This document shows, piece after piece, positions 14,471 to 28,792 of a stretch of DNA of 64,000 nt. Location: assembly GCA_964016885.1 (NCBI GenBank), contig OZ024751.1, positions 9,982,001 through 10,046,000 on the forward strand, read 5' to 3'. Numbering within the stretch: the stretch's first letter is position 1; each line of letters begins with the position of its first letter. The position numbers and the translations under genes were made by a program. The DNA comes from Eledone cirrhosa (Eukaryota). The notes under the pieces are model-generated. The model worked only from the letters and a program-made list of their open reading frames with translations. It searched no databases and was not told the DNA's origin.

Positions 14471-14637
14471 GCGATCGGGTGTCCAGCCCGATTATTTCTA
14501 TGTCCCCGCGCATGTACATACACATGCACCCATGTATATACACATATACATACATATGTACATGTGTATATACATATTTACACACTTTTGGATGGCCGTT
14601 GACTCTTATGAGATCTTCTGCGCTTTGTCAGGTTTTG

Positions 14638-14677
<40 letters not shown>

Positions 14678-14766
14678 CTATAGTGTATAGAGTGAAAGTG
14701 ATAAACAGAGAATCACATATTGGTTTTATATATATGGTATTATGTGTGTATATGTTATATACAACT

Positions 14767-14847
<81 letters not shown>

Positions 14848-14903
14848 GTGTATATTATGTATATATATATATTATGTATATATATATAATGTATATGTAT
14901 ATG

Positions 14904-14966
<63 letters not shown>

Positions 14967-15160
14967 CATATGTGTATGTACGTATAAATACACAGGCACA
15001 GGCATATATACATATAAACACAATTACTGAGATAAATAAACACACAAAAACACAATACGCATACATAATACAGCAACATATACATATATATACATATATG
15101 CACATATTTATTTATTTATACACACATATATACATATATATATGCATATATATACATATA

Positions 15161-15235
<75 letters not shown>

Positions 15236-15240
15236 ATATA

Positions 15241-15564
15241 TACTTGGGGAGGGTCATACTTGTGTAATAATATTGCCAGAATTAATAACTGAACACACTC
15301 ACTTTTTGGTTGGTTTTCGTTTCTGTGTCTTTTATATCAGTTAATTTTATTTATTCGGTCCTCAATGTTACCATTGACTGACCAACGGTCAAAACTACAG
15401 ATATAATATTGACACAAACACATATATATAGTCTAACAAAGTTTTTTCGTTGCACATCTGCAACATCGTCAGTGGTGCTATTATGTTTCCTCCTGTTGTA
15501 TTGTCTGTCTACGCCATCTTTATTTAATCCGTTTATTTATTTATTTATAAAACAAGTAAATAAT

Positions 15565-15570
<6 letters not shown>
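15241..15570 (-). mobile_element. PLE pLTR fragment (same family as 4020-4340) with hammerhead-like core at ~15433-15480
   Basis: CTGACGA-t-gttgca[gatg]tgcaac-GAAA-aaac; flanked by (TA)n. Confidence 0.7.
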
Positions 15571-15623
<53 letters not shown>

Positions 15624-15676
15624 TGAATTATTTACTTGTTTTATAAATAATATATATATATACAATATATTAATAT

Positions 15677-16234
<558 letters not shown>

Positions 16235-17272
16235 TTTTTAACCGTCGTGTTGAAAATGCGTGTGTATGATTTATTGAAATGTTATGTTCAGTACCTCAAA
16301 TTGGCATTTTTTATTAGTCGCTGGTCATCAAATATACGAATATGAAGACAAAATATATTCTTTATATATATATAAATACACACATATATACGTATAAATA
16401 CATATGCATACATGTACATATATATACATATATATAGATACATATATGAACATACATACATTATAAAGAGTCGGGTCCCGACGGTTGAGCTGCTGCCGTT
16501 TCAATAGCTCGTTCCAGTTATTTATATTAGTATATATAAATTATATATATAATACCTATATAAATATGTATATATATATATTTATTTATATGTATATATA
16601 TTTATTTATATATATATATCAGAGCAAACATCACGGACGCTCTATCTCAAAATTATTTTTGAAAAGCATTTAGAAATGCGCAACCGGTAAAACTTAAAAC
16701 CAAAACTGAATTCTAACCAATACAATTACTAATTCTCATTTATTCCTAATTAAACTATTTTTCACTGTGAACAATTTGTCAGCATTTTCTATTCCGTTTA
16801 CCAATATATATATATATATATATAACGAAGGAAATGTGGTAAGGAACCAGGTGGACCATAACGCACCAAAGTACTCAATACTTGAGGTAGTAGAGTGGGT
16901 AATAGGAACCAGTAAGACCCCGACAGCTGAGCTCAAGCCGTTTCGACGGCTAATTCTGGACTAAATGTTTTGTGCGAAGTTTGGTGTAGTGCCCGGGCGC
17001 CACGGATTCGTTTTCGAGGTCGAGGGTCACGTCCAGGAAGTTTACTCGGGTCAGGGACGTTTGTAGGGTTATTTTAAATCCCCAGTCGCGGAAGAATCTG
17101 ATTAATTGTTTCCGGACCCGATCTGTACTACTGGGGTTATACCCTTTAAGGGTAAGGAGCCCATCATCACGGTACAATCCACCACCGAATGCAGGAAATA
17201 TATCAGTGAGTTTGGCTATTAGGAATAATCCTATAAGATCTGTGACCTCCGCCGAATCCGTGGCGCCCGGGC

Positions 17273-17818
17273 ACTACACCAAACTTCGCACAAAACATCG
17301 TCTCCTCTAACAACAAAAAACTCAACCCCGATGGCAGAAATAACCTAAATAGCAGTTGAGAACCGACCAGGAGGTGTAACTGCCCGGATAGATCTATTTG
17401 CCCACGCGAAAATAGATGCAGAGACCGTAATGTGATCTACCAGTGCAACGTGAGGACGGATACCTCCAACAAAGCCTATATAGGACTTACCGCATGTGAC
17501 TTCAAGACCCGGCTATACCAACATAGACATACCTTCCGAAACCCGGCCCGGCGTCACGCCACTACACTTTCGGGCCACATATGGGACCTCAAGGACAACA
17601 ACATCACCTATGATCTCACTTGGAGATTACTGTCCAGAGCCAATTCTTACACGGGAGGACGCCGTCCGTGCAATTTATGCTCGGAGGAAACTTTACAAAT
17701 GCTGTTTTCGACGGACCAACTCCTAAACAAGAAAGATGAACTGGTTACTGCATGTAAACATAGATCGCGTAGGACTTACCTCGCCCTCAAACCCCATAAT
17801 GACCCGGGGGGGGGGTAG
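17273..17818 (+). pseudogene. Naiad-type GIY-YIG endonuclease domain
   Basis: CxCx5C; VIYQC...YIGLT...FKTRLYQH; CNLC; LLNKKDELVTACKH. Confidence 0.85.
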
Positions 17819-18933
17819 ACTAGGGCTATAACACCCCACTTGCCGATTTTGCAATGGGTAACCCCTGCTTGCCAAGGGAGACGTAAGATCTTCTTTGTAT
17901 TCTTTTATCGCTTCCTTTATTTCCTTCCCCCCTCTCTCCTTAGTCCTTCTACCCCAGCTCTTCTCCTTTGTCGGCGTCTTTTCTCGCCCACCCGAGGCTG
18001 CCCTTTGGCCCCTTGCAGCCTTAGTACCCCCACCCCCTCCCCTAGTCTATGATAGATTTGGCGGACTCCGCCCTTTATAGCAGTTGGTTTAGACCCCGGA
18101 TACTTGTCCCCTTTTTCCGACCGCTCCGACTATTCTCTGTGCCCTCTATATTTCTTAGTGGCACTTATGCCTTATTTTTTCGTTTCAGTATTTCTTTCTT
18201 CGCTTTTCTTTTGGGCGGGGTGGATTCTGAATTTATTTTTCCGTATTCTACCTTTACTTCGTACGAACTTTCATGTAGCTTGTTTTAGATCTTTTAGAGT
18301 TAGCATTAGTATATATTTTTCTCGGGACTCAGAATTATTATCTCGTACAAGTTCACTTTGCTGCACTGGGTGGTTGCTGGCATTGTGCCCGGGATGGAAA
18401 CCTTTATTGTTTATTTCGTGGTAGTCTCTTTAATATTTTGGCCCCTTTTGTTGACCCGTCACCGTATCATTTACGTACTTATACCTCTTAAAAGGGTCCT
18501 TGCCTATTTCGTCCCACCTAGTTCTTTTACTTATTTCGTTATTTCTTTATTTCTTTCTTTACTTCTTTCTTTCTTTCTTTCTTTATTTATTCTATCCTAA
18601 CAATAGCTAGAGACCTAGGTCGTAGAATTTAATTTACTTTACTTTTTTCTTTACACTTATTTGCTTTTCTTCACTCTCAGTATTTTTTCCTTCCTATATA
18701 TTTCTACCCCCCATTGTTCTACCTACCGTTCCGACTTCCTCCCCCTCCCCCTCCCCTGTATCTTCTTTGACCTCATGCCCAGCTGTAGCTGGCACTACCA
18801 ACGCTTGATTGGGTCTACTCCACCCCCTCCCCTCTTTCTCCTACTGGCAGGTTTAGCCACCATCTCCCCTACTAATTTGCAGCCACAGAATTACTACTGA
18901 TTTTTGACAATCACTTTGACCATATATGGAATT

Positions 18934-19027
18934 ACCCCTTGAGAAGATCGGCTATTTAAATACCAGGATAAATTTTCATTTAGTCCAGAATTAGCCGTCG
19001 AAACGGCTTGAGCTCAGCTGTCGGGGT
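18934..19027 (+). ncRNA. Hammerhead motif with U3/A8 core (UUGAGAA), family A
   Basis: acccc-TTGAGAA-gatcggcta...tagccgtc-GAAA-cggcttgagctcagctg-TC-ggggt. Confidence 0.7.
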
Positions 19028-19039
19028 CTTACTGGTTCC

Positions 19040-19070
<31 letters not shown>

Positions 19071-19167
19071 TGATAGATCGATAAATACATACATACAATT
19101 ATATATGGGCGTGAGTGTATGTATGCATATATATATATATATTGAAAGAGAGAGAGGGTGAGTGAGT

Positions 19168-19270
<103 letters not shown>

Positions 19271-19789
19271 ACATTAAAGGTTAAAGGTCAGAATCCAAGT
19301 AAAAATCAGCGATAGTAACGGCATGTTTCTTTAAAAAGCAAGTAGAAAATAATTCAAAGGTGAAATAGATTGTTTCGCCAAGAGAAAAAATAAAGTCTAA
19401 GATTTAGTTGAAAAATGTTCGACGGAGACCTGGCGAGAATATGTACGACAATGAATTCCGCTAAAGGTATCCGAAGACCAGGTGCTGGGTTAAATCGGAA
19501 GACAGATTAAATTGCCTTAATCACGGAAGCTAACCCCCGCGGTATTTGCAGTGAGAATACAAAGAGTTGCATCATATGTGGCAGTATGTTGTATCGATGC
19601 ACTCCAGAACAGTTGTCAATTATAATAGAGTTAGTTGTTAGCAAAATTGAAGCTATTCAATGTTTAGTCATTCATTCATTCATTCATCTTTTCATTCGTT
19701 CAGCTTCGGGCACACACGACCTCACACAGCGTCTTTGTTGCTGGCAGACATATTTTTATTATGGTATTCATTTGTTGGGTAACTCTTGT

Positions 19790-20985
19790 GGAAGACAATG
19801 TTATTGAGATATGATATTGTTGTCAGTGTCGTAAAAGAAATTGTCATTGCGATATGACATAATATATGACATAACGTATGACATATATGACGTTGTCTTA
19901 GTGTGGTAGAAAACAATGTCATTAACTTATGAAATTGTTGTCTTAGTGTTGTGGAAGACGTTGTTATTGAGATATGACATGAGATATGATGTTGTTGTCT
20001 TACTGTCATAGAAGACATTGTCATTGAGATATGATATGAGATATGTTGTTGTCTTAGTATCATAGAAGACATTGTCATTGAGATATGATATGAGATATGA
20101 TGTTGTTATTTTAGTGTCATAGAAGACATTGTCATTGAGATATGATATGAGATATGATGTTGTTGTCTTAGTATCATAGAAGACATTGTCATTGAGATAT
20201 GATATGCGATATGATGTTGTTATTTTAGTGTCATAGAAGACATTGTCATTGAGATATGATATGAGATATGTTGTTGTCTTAGTGTCATAGAAGACATTGT
20301 CATTGAGATATGATATGAGATATGATGTTGTTGTTTAGTGTCATAGAAGACATTATTATTGAGATTTGATATGAGATATGATATTATTATTTTAGTGTCA
20401 TAGAAGACATCGTTATTGAGATATGATATGAGATATGTTGTTGTGTTAGTGTCATAGAAGACATTGTCATTGAGATATTACATGAGATATGATGTTGTTG
20501 TTTTAGTGTCATAGAAGACATCGTTATTGAGATATGATATGAGATATGTTGTTGTGTTAGTGTCATAGAAGACATTGTCATAGAAGACATTGTCATTGAG
20601 ATATGATATGAGATATGTTGTTGTGTTAGTGTCATAGAAGACATTGTCATTGAGATATGATATGAAATATGATGTTGTTGTTTTAGTGTCATAGAAAACA
20701 TCGTTATTGAGATATGATATGAGATATGTTGTTGTGTTAGTGTCATAGAAGACATTGTCATTGGGATATGACATGAGATATGATGTTGTTGTTTTAGTGT
20801 CATAGAAGACATTGTTATTGAGATATGAGATATGTTGTTGTGTTAGTGTCATAGAAGACATTGTCATTGGGATATGACATGAGATATGATGTTGTTGTCT
20901 TAGTGTCATAGAAGACATTGTCATTGAGATATGATATGAGATATGACGTTGTTGTCTTAGTGTGGTAGAAGACATTGTTATTGAA
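19790..20985. repeat. Minisatellite of alternating 54/57-bp units
   Basis: Unit gtcatagaagacattgtcattgagatatgatatgagatat(gat)gttgttgttttagt, ~20 copies, degenerate at the edges. Confidence 0.9.
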
Positions 20986-21298
20986 ATATTGAGACATGAG
21001 GTGGTTTTAGTGCCTTAGACATGGTCCAGTGTGTTTTAATGTTGTTGCCATAGAGTCCGGGCTTTATTTTATCGAGACATGGGGGATAAAATGCAGAGAT
21101 GTCACCGGTTGGAGTCGAACGTAGAACATAACGAACCGGAAGAAATATTGCCAGACATATTGTCTGACATTCAAATGATTCGGATAAACAAAAGCGTGTT
21201 GCGAAAGTCCAGAAAAAATTCATCAATTAAAATTACAAAAGAAAAGGTGTAAATAAGAGCAAAAATAAACAATATCTATATATATGTGTGTGTGTGTA

Positions 21299-21353
<55 letters not shown>

Positions 21354-21956
21354 TTATATATATTATTTGTATGTAGATATGTATAGTGTATATATATATA
21401 TATGTATGTATGTATGTGTGTGTGTATTATATTTATACATATTTATTTTATGTAAATATGTATGTGTATATCTATATATGTGTGTGTGTGCGTGCGTGTA
21501 TGTGTGTGTGTATGTATGTGTGTGTGTACGTATACATATATGTGTGTATGGTCTTGTATTCCAGTTGTATTGTGATGCAATGTGTGTATAAGTATGTATC
21601 GCTAGAGAGAGTGAAAATCTCGCACATGACCTAACCACTAATAATTTTACTTCCAGCAAAATTGTTATATTTATTGACAACGCCTGTATTTACACAATAT
21701 AGAAACAGTAGAATTAATATTGCAAAATTGTGAAATTGGTTTCAGTCTGCTATCATACGACAGACATTGGATTTATTGCCGGTGAGGCCGCTTACAACAT
21801 ACACATACATAATCATTCGATAGGACATAACATTCATCAAAAGATTTATTAATTACTAATTTTTTTTTCGAAGTAAAAAAAGAAAGAAAGCGAATGGAAG
21901 AAAAATAAAATGATGAAACAGACAAAAAAAGAAAGAAAAAAGAAAAATATAGATAT

Positions 21957-23270
21957 ATTTCTTTATTTACCATAAAGGCATAAAAAGAAGGGACAAATAC
22001 AAAGGGGGAGTTTACATACAATCGAGTAAAAAGGGTGTAACATGAAAATAATCGAAAATAACCTCAAAAGGGAGGGGACGTGATGGGGGTTGCACCCCCC
22101 CCCCCGAAAAAGTGTGCAATCCTTTGCCTGGGGAGCACATGGAGAAGGTGCTCCCCTCTCCTTTACTTCTTTACCTACAGGATGGTATACAGAGAAGGCC
22201 CATTTACACGAACCATTCTCGCCACTATCACCCACCTTTCATAAAACTGCCTGTGGCCAAGCACCTCTCTCTCCATTCTTATCCTTCTTCCGAAGTGATA
22301 TCGGAAGAAGTAGACCAGACTATGGCCAGAGAGGAAGTTGCCTGACCTCAGACCTTTCAATCGTGTCCACCAAACAACCTCTTTCAACATGGCTATTACG
22401 CACAGAAAAACCGCCTTTGCTTCCTTTGTGAAGAGGGGAGGCGGTTTGATTGTCATCACGGACTCGGCGGTCAATTGAATCGGCGCCACCCGCGACAGCA
22501 GTCGTTCGGCGTAGCCCCACAGATCAGCCACGCCCGGACATTGCACCAATGCGTGCGCAACGGTTTCTTCGTGACGCACGCATCTAGGGCAAATCTTTTT
22601 TGAGGGATCCCTGCCCGGGCGCCCGTGTCTGTAGAGCCTCTCTCGAACGGGTAGAGCCCCCCGGTAGCACTGCCAGGCCAGTGACTTCTGGAAGTTGTCC
22701 ATTGGTCCTGGGCCGAAAGTCCTTCCGAACAGGCTGGCCAGTTCGTCCTCTTCCATGTCCAGCGACTCTCCAAGGGTGTCATCGCCCCTGCTAGCCACCA
22801 ACCCTCTATAGAATGAAGAGGTGGATTCTCCACCGATGGCCTGGCCCGCTTGCCAGAGAGCCCTGAGCGCCTGAGCACAGTCAGTGTGCCAGTCTCCCAG
22901 TTTTCCGGATCTTTGCTTGACCCAGGACTGTAGCTCGGTGAGCGAGACGAGTCTCGGAAAGGCTCGTTTCACGAATGGAGCCCACACCGGTTGACCAGTG
23001 AGGAATACCTGTAGGTGCCGTAGCCTTAATGCGTGCCTACGCATCATCAACCACGGCATCCCCAGCCCTCCTTTCGAAGGTTGTTGGCAGCAGATGGATC
23101 TTCTCACCATAGGAGGGCGCTTCTTCCAAAGAAATTGGAAGAGCATGCGTTCCATGGTGGTGAGTGTTTCCTTAGGGCAAGGCACGACAGTCAGGCGGTA
23201 GTAAGTGACGGACTCTATGTAAATGTTCGCCACCTCCGCCCGGCCTCTTAGGGACAGCTTACACGGAAAG
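21957..23270 (-). mobile_element. Tx1/L1-type LINE copy 1 (5'-truncated; ORF2 C-terminus with zinc finger)
   Basis: Paralogous to the ORF2 C-terminus at 28793-29885 (LSLRGRA, GGLGMP, CPRC...ETVAHALVQC); 3' end AAATAAAGAAAT then atatctat. Confidence 0.9.
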
Positions 23271-23275
23271 AAAAT

Positions 23276-23320
23276 ATAGATAGATAGGTAGATAGATAGA
23301 TAAATAGATAGATAAATAGA
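23276..23320. repeat. (GATA)n tract between LINE copies 1 and 2
   Basis: tagatagataggtagatagatagataaatagatagataaataga. Confidence 0.9.
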
Positions 23321-26300
23321 TTTCTTTATTTGCGACAAGGGCGCACAAGAAAAGGGGACATACAATCGTGTAAAAATATAAAAAACAAACAATTATAACA
23401 ATCGAAATCCCCAATAGGGGGAAGCCCCACAAGTGGGTTGTTTAATACCCCGTCAATAGAACAACCCTCAACTTCAGGAGCGTGCTGTGCAAGTGCTCCT
23501 TTCTTCCTTTTGCTCTCTTCTTTAACCTACAGGCTTATAAACAGAGAAGGCCCAATCACTCGGGCCATTTTTGCCAAATTCACCCACCTTTCAGTAAATT
23601 TACTGGGGTGCAGTGCCTCTCTCTCCACTCTGATTCTCCTTCTAAAGTGATACTTAAAGAAGGGAATCAATTGTTGTCCGGAGAGAAAGGCATATGTCCT
23701 CAGTCCTCTCAATCTCGTCCACCATATAACCTCTTTCACCATAGCTACTGTACAGAGGAAAACCGCCTCTCTTTCGGGTATTGTACAATTGCGTGCAAGA
23801 CGGTTTCAATGTCCTGCTCGCATCTTGGACACGTCCTCTTGGAAGGATCCCTGCCGAGGCATCCGTGCCTGTGGATCTTATCTCGAATGGGTAGAGCTCC
23901 TCGGTAGCACTGCTAGGCCAGGGACATCTGGAAGTTGTCCATAGGTCCCGGGCGGAAAGTCCTACCGAACAGACTGGTGAGCTCGTCGTCTTCGACGCCT
24001 AGAGTCTCCCGGAGCACGTCGTCGCACTTGTAAAGTGCTAACCCTCTATAGAATGTCGAAGTGGAGTCTCCACTGATTGCTGTGCCCGCTTGACAGAGAA
24101 CTGAGCGCCTGGGCGCATTCAATGTGCCAGACGCCCATCTTCTTCGGTCTTCGCTTGACCCAGGAGTGCAGCTCCGTCAGCGAGACAAGTTGTGGGAAGG
24201 CCTGTCTCACCAACGGTGCCCAGACCGGTTGGTCGGTGAGGAATACCTGGAGATGCCGTAGCCTCAGCGCATGTTTGTGCATCATTAGCCACGGCATGCC
24301 CAGCCTTCCGTTGGAAGGGTGTTGACAGCAGACGGATCTCCTCACTGGTGGAGCCTGCTTCTTCCACATGAACTGGAAGAGCATGCGTTCCATCTTGGTG
24401 AGGTATTCACGGGGACAAGGCACGACAGTCAAGCGGTAGTAGATGACAGACGCTATGAAAGTGTTCGCCATCTCCGCTCGACTTTTCAAAGACAGTTTGC
24501 ACTGCCCACTTCTGGGTGAGCGCAAATACCTTGGCCATGACCTCGTTCCAGTTTTTCTTCACCTGGAGGTCTGGACCGAACCAGACCCCGAACAATTTCA
24601 CCGGTCCTTCCGTCCAGCGTCCGACGACGCTGTCGGACGGCATCGGTTTGCCTCTCCACGTTCCGAGCTGCAAACTGACAGACTTGTCCGGGTTCAGTTT
24701 TTCTCCTGTGAACCTTTCGTATTTCCGTAGTAGTTTGCCGATTACCTTGATTTCCGAGGTTTTCGACACCATTACTGTCACGTCGTCGGCATAAGCCGAC
24801 GCCGCTTTTCGCAGTCCCGGTTCTAAAGTGATGCCCTGCAAAAGCTCCAACTTCCGCAGTAGTGGCTCTAGAGTCAATACGTACAGAATGGAGGAGAGAG
24901 GGCATCCCTGTCGAATGGAGAGCGTGATTGCGACCCTCGAGCAGATGCTGGTGTGCATCGCCTTGATCCAGCCCCTGAAAACGGGACCGAAACCAGCCGC
25001 CTTGAGAACCGCTTCCAAGTATCGATGGTCGACCCTATCGAATGCCTTAGACTGATCTAAATTGATCAGAGCCCCACCAAAGCCGGGTTTACTACCCACC
25101 CTCTCTATGATGTATCGCATGAGGTGGAGGTTGTCGCGTATGGACCTGGTCGGGATTGCACACGTTTGCGCTTTCCCTACCAGGTTCTCGACAAGCACCA
25201 ACCTCGTTGCTAGCACCTTGGCCAAAATCTTTAACTCTGTGTTGAGTAGAGTTATGGGCCTGAAGTTGTTAATTTAGTCCCCCTAGTTCTCGTCTTTCCT
25301 GATCAGCGTTACTACGCCCTTGCCTGCAGAACTGGGAATTCTCCCGTTCTGCTGCCAATTGCAGTAGACGGCTTCGAGGACGCCAGAAAACAAGTCCGGC
25401 ATGCCTATGTAAAACTCATAGGGTAGATCATCTAGACCGGATGACTAGCGTTTCCCGCAGCGGCCCAGAGCGTCCCGTATCTCAGTGTCCGTGATCGGTC
25501 TTTCGCAGAACTCGGCGTCCATGCCCAAGAAACGCGGCAAGCCGTCGAGGTATGAACTAAGGTCCATTGCCGCGTTCGGCTCACCGTCGTTCTGCTCAAA
25601 CAGTCGCGCAAAGTGCTGCTGAAAGGCCGCGCACATTTGCTTGTGGTCAAGTAGCACCCATCCGTTTTGGTCTTTCAAAGACCGAATCGTGGACTTGTTG
25701 CCACTTTTCACCTCCGCCACTCGGGCCCAGCTGACAGCTTTCGTTCCTTCGTTTCCTAAAGCACGTGTTTTGCTTCTGACCACGCAGCCTTTGTGTTTCG
25801 CGTCGAAGAACTGGTCCAGTGCCGTTCTCGACGCTAACACTCTAGCCACGTTGTCACTTCTAAGTGCCTCCTCTACCTTGGCTAGTAGTTCTGTCTCTGA
25901 TTTGTTTTTCTCTAAGGCTAACTCTCTGCTAAACCCTATCGATTCTACTCTAATTGCTTTCTTGAGAGAGTACCACCATCTATTGTTGACGATGGCTCCC
26001 GTTAACAGTTGCTTGACTGGTCTACTTATCCGTTCACTGTAAATTTACGTGCCAGCAAAGACACGTTTAGCTTCCAATATCCGGGTCCCTGTCTATGTGT
26101 TCTATCACGGTTCACTATGCAGACGACTAATTTGTGATCTGAATAGGCAACCATGTGCATTTGTGGACAGCTTAACATCTCCTTGTTCTTTTCCCTAATG
26201 AAGAACCAATCTAAATACGATCTAGATGTCCCGCTGCGGTTTGTCCACGTCTACTGTCGTGCAGTCGGGAAATCCAGTCGATACCTATCGGCCAGTTGGA

Positions 26301-28409
26301 ATTTGCCGATTAAAGTTTTGAGGCTGTTGCACCCCGCTCTACTGGGACATGATCCTACATAGTCCCATCGTGCATCTAGGATACCATTCCAGTCCCCCAC
26401 TAAAAGCAGGGAGCGAGACGTTCCCAGAAAAGACTCTAGACGCTTAAAGAAGTCTGGCCGTGATTGTGATTGCCCGGTCGGGGCATAAACGGCCACCAGT
26501 CTGAAGGCTCCACCTTCAATACTGTTCACATCTAAGACCACCAGTCTACACTCCGGGTCCAAGTGTACTTGCTGTACTTCGAGATCCAGGTTTTTCCAAA
26601 ACATGACAGTCACTCCCCCTCCACCACCCGGCTGACAGAGAGATGCGTAGAACTCAAAGTCATTGAAGATGGGGGTTAGTTACTGTGGATCCTGGACACA
26701 GTGATGGCTATTACATCTATACCGCGTGACCTAAGGTCGTTTAAAAATTGGCCTTGTTCCCAGGGCATCCCTAGGCCACGCACATTTACGCTTCCAGCTC
26801 GTAAGTCAGTCATGTTGGTGGAGAAGAGTTGGTGAAAAGGACGAAAAGGTGCATTTACCTTTTGGTTTCGTGGAGATCGGGTTGTTCAATCTCCATTTCA
26901 GTTCTGGTGAAGGTGTTGAGTGGGGTTCGGAAACATTTCAACAGGTCACGGTTTATTGGTTTTTGGCAGGGGTTGCCAACGTCCTGTGAAAACTGTTCTT
27001 TCAATTTCTGATAGGCTTCTATCGAAACCCTTATTAGTTTTAGGTGTGGTTGAGAGTCTGCTTTTTCAAAAGTTTTCCCCTCAGTTTCTACTTTGGGGTC
27101 TTGGGAGATGACCTCCATTAGGTTTTTGTTGTTTGTGTTAATGTATGTGTATTGTTGTTTGTTTTTTTGTTGTGTTGTTTTGGTCTGTTGTTCATTTTGT
27201 AGTTTTCTTTTTATGGTGGCCATTTGTGTTTGGGGTGGTGTTGGTGTTTGTTTTGCTGGTAGGGAGGGTGATTGTGGTGGTGTTTGTGTTGGTGGTTATG
27301 TGTTTGTATTGGTGATTGTTGTTTTTGTGGCTTTTTGGTGTCTCTTTTTTTTTTTTTTTTTATTTACGAGGCTCTCTTTCATCTTCAGTTGGAGATGGAG
27401 AAGTAGCCTTGTCTGGTGATGAATCGTCATCAGGGGCGTGTGGGAGGGGTATGTTGTGTGGTGATGGTGTGTTTGTGTGTGTGATTGTGGTAGTGTTGGA
27501 TGGAGTGGGATGGGGTGGGACTGTGTTTTTCTGGGGAATTGTTTGTGTTTTTTTCTGTTGTTTGTGGTTGAACAGATGTTTGTTTTTGTGTGTTTGCTTG
27601 TTTTGTGTGTTGTTGTTGTTTTTGTGGTTTTAGGGTTGGTGTTGGTAAAAGTACTTTTTGGGTGTTGGTGGTGTTTGTTCGTAAGAGGGGGCAGGAGGCC
27701 TTTAAATGCGATGTGCTTGCGCATTTAAAACAATGTGGCCTCCACCTCTGCCGAAATCTGTATATAATTTGTTTTGTCTATTATCACATTTTCTGGTATC
27801 TTGGAAATTCTGTCCGGTTTCATTTGGACCAAAATTTCCAAGCTTGTGCCGTTCCAGGTGTTTCTTGTGGATTTTTGAATCGACAGTATTGTGTCTTCAT
27901 CCTCCGCCAAGAACCCTGCTAGAATCCACCAGATATTAATGTTGGGTGGTATATTGGTGATGTTTATTCTTTTTGTTCTTTTTCCCATGTATATAGGGGA
28001 AAATGTGTGTGAGGCAGAGGTGACCGGGGTCACTGAGTATTTTTTCGCAAGGGCCTCACTTTTGAAGAGCACCGAAATGATTCCATATAGTTTAGCCCTT
28101 TGTATGTATTGTATTTCCGGCATTGCCTCTTTCAAGACGATTTCAATTTCGCCTTGAGTAAGGAAAGCCGGTATTTTGTTTGTTCAAAATCGTGCGAAAA
28201 ATCAGTCCTTCGCATTGTGTCGGCTTTGATTTGTGGCGGAGAGGTGATTTTAAATCCCCCTTTTTACTCGAAGCTAATATATTTATTTCCTTCATTGATC
28301 ATTTCCTTAGCATTGGAAATATCAATATTTGTCGCAAAAGATTGTTTATGGTTGTTGTTGTTGTCATTGTTGGTCATTGTTGTTGTTTTTTAGTTTTTGT
28401 TGTTCTCAA
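23321..28409 (-). mobile_element. Tx1/L1-type LINE copy 2, probably near full length but degraded
   Basis: ORF1 remnants ~28378-26855; ORF2 remnants 26813-23527 (APE GDWN/SDH, DQSKAFDRVDH, RQGCPLS, AYADD); many frameshifts and stops. Confidence 0.9.
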
Positions 28410-28528
<119 letters not shown>

Positions 28529-28792
28529 CATTTCTTTTATTTGCCACTAGGGCATCAAAAGTGGGACAAGTACAAAGGGGGGAGTTTACACAAAAAGGCG
28601 TCCTCAATAAGGAGGAGGCAATAACAAAATATAAAAATAAAATAAGATATAACAAAAAATAAAATTTTTAACAAAATCCTCAATAGAGAGGAGGCGCCTT
28701 GGGGGGTCGCACACACCCCCGAAAAAAGTGTGCAACCCTTCTCCTCAGGAGCACAGAGAAGGGGTGCTCCCTTGGTCTTTCATCTTCCTCAC

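Larger units (their letters stand above)
16822..19040 (+). mobile_element. Naiad-like PLE family A, 5'-truncated and rearranged: inverted pLTR, inverted RT piece, GIY-YIG, 3' UTR, pLTR
   Basis: 16822-16967 inverted pLTR; ~17011-17268 RT piece on minus strand (GLYRDDGL, VNFLDVTL); 17273-17818 linker CNCPDRSIC + GIY-YIG; 3' UTR/pLTR to 19040, then (TA)n. Confidence 0.85.

Noticed and set aside
17357-17359. In-frame TGA upstream of the CxCx5C motif as possible selenocysteine (some Naiad PLEs encode selenoproteins)
   Set aside because: The paralogous copy at ~52815 has GGA (Gly) there, the site is not a conserved Cys, and I saw no convincing SECIS. Other Naiad-like ORF breaks here are TAA/TAG or frameshifts.
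19790-20985. CRISPR-like array or reflectin-like gene
   Set aside because: The units are contiguous with no unique spacers, the context is eukaryotic, and the translations lack reflectin motifs.
22175-23392. 405-aa ORF running from LINE copy 2 through (TCTA)n into copy 1 as a fusion gene
   Set aside because: This is fortuitous read-through of a stop-free microsatellite from a non-ATG start.
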